The notes beneath the pieces are model-generated. The model was not told the DNA's origin, did no database searches, and saw only the letters and a list, made by a program, of their open reading frames with translations. A stretch of 63,400 bases of DNA, the filler included. It is 5 parts of 5 records of this genome, joined end to end, with 100 filler letters (N's around TTAATTAATTAA, not from the genome) between each part and the next. Parts side by side here need not be neighbours in the genome. Positions count along the whole stretch, not along the records: positions 51,171 to 63,400 come from SRR31156797_2392; 4 more parts are not named here. The stretch is one strand, 5' to 3'. Positions 61,014-63,400 of this stretch are shown here, one piece after another (position 1 is the first letter of the stretch; each line of letters begins with the position of its first letter). Position numbers and translations under genes: made by a program.

Positions 61014-62827
61014 ATTATCTCAACCTTTACACCATTTTGAGTTTCTTTTTTTAGCTTTCCTTTTAACTGTTTTGTTGCTAAAGTCTGTACTAAAAGAGTC
61101 CCTAAGCTTTTTACATCTTTTTGATCACTATACCCTTTTCCATTATCACTCACCTGCAAATAGTAATTATCCTCTTGTTTTTTTAAGATGATATTGATCT
61201 CCCCATCTTTTTCAAAAGCATATTTAAAAGCATTAGTTACAAGCTCATTGATAATAAGACCACAATAGACTGCTATCTCACTTGGAAGATTGGTATCTAT
61301 CTCATATTTTATTTTGATACTTTCATTTTCAAATCCCTCTTGAAGTTCCGTAATCAAAAGTTCAAAATATTTTCGTGTATCAATATAGGAGATATCACTT
61401 TGTTTATATAAAAGCTCATGCAAACACCCCATAGCATTTATCCTATTTTGGATTGTTTGCAAAAGCTCTATTGTTTTTTGATCCTCATATTTATCACTTT
61501 GTAGTCGAATAAGAGAAACAATCGTCTGCATATTATTTTTCACCCGATGATTCAGCTCTTGAAAAAGAAGACTCTTTTCATCTAGTGCCTTTTGAAGCTC
61601 CGAGGTCTTTTGCTCAACTATATGGGCAAGTCTAATCGTCTCGATCTCTTTTTGCAAAACTAGTTCCATACTTGCTTCATTTTTTCTACTCTCAAGTTGA
61701 TTGATCTTATCTGCTAATGCAATTGAAAAAATAATCCCCTCTAAAAGTAACGCTATCTCCACAAAATATTTAAAATGTTCAAAAACCTCTAGTATCCCTA
61801 CACTTGAAAGATACATAAAAATAAATGCAAAGATCACGATTACCCATCCAAAAAGGACAAAATATGCTTGACGATTACGTTTCCAACTTGCATAAATAGT
61901 AATAACTAATAATAATACAAGCAATATAAGGGAAGTAAGATTTCTAAGATGTGCAATATCTTCAAAGAATAAAAAAGCCACTAAAGTAAATGGATAGATA
62001 AACAGATATAAACGAAGAGATTTATCTAAAAATGGATATTGACTGATCTTTAAAAATGATCGAACAAGAAGAGCAAAAATAAAAATAGGGAAAGCTACTA
62101 TAAATGCAGCTGATTTTATAGTAAAGATCACAAACTCATTGGAAAAAAGGTATACTGACCCAAAACCACTATATAAAAGCTGATGGAAGATCATCCCTAA
62201 CATATATACTACATAGAGTAAGTAGTTTCTATCTTTTGTGAAAAAATAGATAAATAAATTATATATGGTTAAGATCAGCATTGAAGCAAAAAACATAGAA
62301 AGTATCATGGTATGGAGATAACTTTGTTGTTCAAAGGTTTGACTATCTAAAAGGTTTAATTTAATTATAAGAGTAGTGATCTTTGAACTTGTCTTTAAAT
62401 AATAGGTTTTACTCTCATATGGTTCTAAAAAGAGATAAAAAATAGGATCAATACTGAGTCTATCTGTGTTTAATTGATACAATCCATCTTTATAAAGCTT
62501 TTCTCCATCATAAAACTCAATATGAGTACTTAAAGGATTTCCATACTGTAAAACCCTTTTAATTTTTTTATTAGAATTATTTTTTAAAGTAAACTTTACC
62601 CACACATTAAAATCAGGGGAGAGTCCATAGGACAATATAGACTTATTATTATCAATAAACTGTTGCTTTTTTATCATAGATATATCTAACGAATTACTTT
62701 GGTCTATATAGATTTTTGATTTTGATAAAAGCTCTATTTTATCACTATTTTCATCAAGTATTATCTCATTGGCACTCAACATAAAAAAAGGGATAATGAA
62801 AATAATCAAGAGTTTTATAAATTGCAT
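61004..62827 (-). CDS. 7TM-DISM sensor histidine kinase, HK2 (paralog of HK1)
   Basis: YGLSP...WVK, YNLFIYF..KDRNYL.Y, ELNHRVKNNMQ, NELVTNAFKYAF, DNGKG; ATG at 62827. Confidence 0.88.
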   Translation of the reverse strand: MQFIKLLIIFIIPFFMLSANEIILDENSDKIELLSKSKIYIDQSNSLDISMIKKQQFIDNNKSILSYGLSPDFNVWVKFTLKNNSNKKIKRVLQYGNPLSTHIEFYDGEKLYKDGLYQLNTDRLSIDPIFYLFLEPYESKTYYLKTSSKITTLIIKLNLLDSQTFEQQSYLHTMILSMFFASMLILTIYNLFIYFFTKDRNYLLYVVYMLGMIFHQLLYSGFGSVYLFSNEFVIFTIKSAAFIVAFPIFIFALLVRSFLKISQYPFLDKSLRLYLFIYPFTLVAFLFFEDIAHLRNLTSLILLVLLLVITIYASWKRNRQAYFVLFGWVIVIFAFIFMYLSSVGILEVFEHFKYFVEIALLLEGIIFSIALADKINQLESRKNEASMELVLQKEIETIRLAHIVEQKTSELQKALDEKSLLFQELNHRVKNNMQTIVSLIRLQSDKYEDQKTIELLQTIQNRINAMGCLHELLYKQSDISYIDTRKYFELLITELQEGFENESIKIKYEIDTNLPSEIAVYCGLIINELVTNAFKYAFEKDGEINIILKKQEDNYYLQVSDNGKGYSDQKDVKSLGTLLVQTLATKQLKGKLKKETQNGVKVEIIWS

Positions 62828-62832
62828 TTTCA

Positions 62833-62865
62833 ATTATAACAGATTTTTGTCACAATAGCGTCACA
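62833..62865 (-). promoter_or_regulatory. Tandem-repeat box promoter of HK2-RR3-racemase
   Basis: Sense strand TGTGACG-CTAT-TGTGACA-N9-TATAAT. Confidence 0.75.
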
Positions 62866-62948
62866 GTAATATTTTCCTTTAAGCATAAAGATTTGAAAAA
62901 TATTATTTTTTATGGTAGCATACTTAAAAATAATATGGAGGATCAACA

Positions 62949-63161
62949 ATGTCTACAACAACACAAATAGAAACAATCAAATTAGCAGGGACAAAAGAAG
63001 GAACAATCAGTATTGCAAATATTACTGATCCATATGGTGCTGGAACAGGTGAAGTTACAAGTATAGGTATCTCTTTAGTTGGAGATGATGTGGAATGGAA
63101 AGTTCATATTCCAAAAGAGAATATTGATCAAGTGATCGAAGCTTTACAAAAAGCGAAATAA
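62949..63161 (+). CDS. Small hypothetical protein (70 aa)
   Basis: GGAGG RBS, protein-like composition, followed by a terminator. Confidence 0.75.
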   Translation: MSTTTQIETIKLAGTKEGTISIANITDPYGAGTGEVTSIGISLVGDDVEWKVHIPKENIDQVIEALQKAK

Positions 63162-63171
63162 CTACTCTTAT

Positions 63172-63204
63172 AAGCTAAACTTTTATTTAAGTTTAGCTTT
63201 TTTT
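63172..63204 (+). terminator. Intrinsic terminator
   Basis: AAGCTAAACTT...AAGTTTAGCTT followed by T-run. Confidence 0.75.
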
Positions 63205-63279
63205 ATATAATAATAACTAATATCAAATTAACTTTAAAAGTGCTACTATACAGTTTAACTTTTTAACAAAAGGACTTCC

Positions 63280-63400
63280 ATGAAACATCTTTTACTCACT
63301 CTTGTGTTTTTCACCTCACTCTTTTCAAACGATGGCTTCTTAGAACCAGAACAAGCCTTCAAAACAACCCTAGAAGAGAAACAAGATAGTGTTGAATTTA
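63280..63400 (+). CDS. N-terminal fragment, probably thiol:disulfide interchange protein DsbD
   Basis: AAGGA RBS; MKHLLLTLVFFTSLFSNDGFLEPEQAFK gives a signal peptide and FL.PE.AF motif; cut by window end. Confidence 0.55.
   Translation, partial: MKHLLLTLVFFTSLFSNDGFLEPEQAFKTTLEEKQDSVEF

Noticed and set aside
55375-62865. Repeat boxes as canonical Pho boxes or CRP sites
   Set aside because: Period is mostly 12 bp, orientation is opposite to the sense-strand TGTCA Pho box, no phosphate genes are nearby, and they are direct repeats rather than TGTGA-N6-TCACA palindromes; not fully excluded
1-63400. tRNA, rRNA, CRISPR array, integrase or transposase
   Set aside because: None recognised by eye in intergenic regions or ORFs

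Overview
The window is not one locus. It is five contigs joined by 100-bp artificial linkers (44 N + TTAATTAATTAA + 44 N) at 23234-23333, 34087-34186, 41902-42001 and 51071-51170. Contig 1 (1-23233) is a sugar-utilisation locus of an AT-rich, probably anaerobic bacterium. It encodes a sulfatase, a CUT1 ABC transporter, two GH29 fucosidases, a URO-D/MtaA-like protein, YesM/YesN, AraC, LacI, an FGGY kinase and an aldo/keto reductase, tied together by six LacI-type operators. Contigs 2-4 look like Arcobacteraceae/Campylobacterota housekeeping and sensory genes (MCP, histidine kinases, Co/Ni ECF transporter, pyrD, msbA, murJ, desulforubrerythrin/PerR, nasA-nirBD, truD). Contig 5 (51171-63400) holds the most interesting locus. 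A FeeM/LuxI-fold acyltransferase, probably an N-acyl amino acid synthase with no LuxR nearby, sits among two paralogous 7TM-DISM histidine kinases, three REC-wHTH response regulators, an amino-acid racemase and a divergent DUF2235 lipase + NACHT gene pair. Four promoters there share one architecture, TGTGAYR-N4/5-NNTGACA-N9-(-10 box). My inference is a self-regulating, quorum-sensing-like N-acyl-amide circuit that may also control a NACHT-type defence operon. All family calls come from motif recognition by eye, with no database searches.
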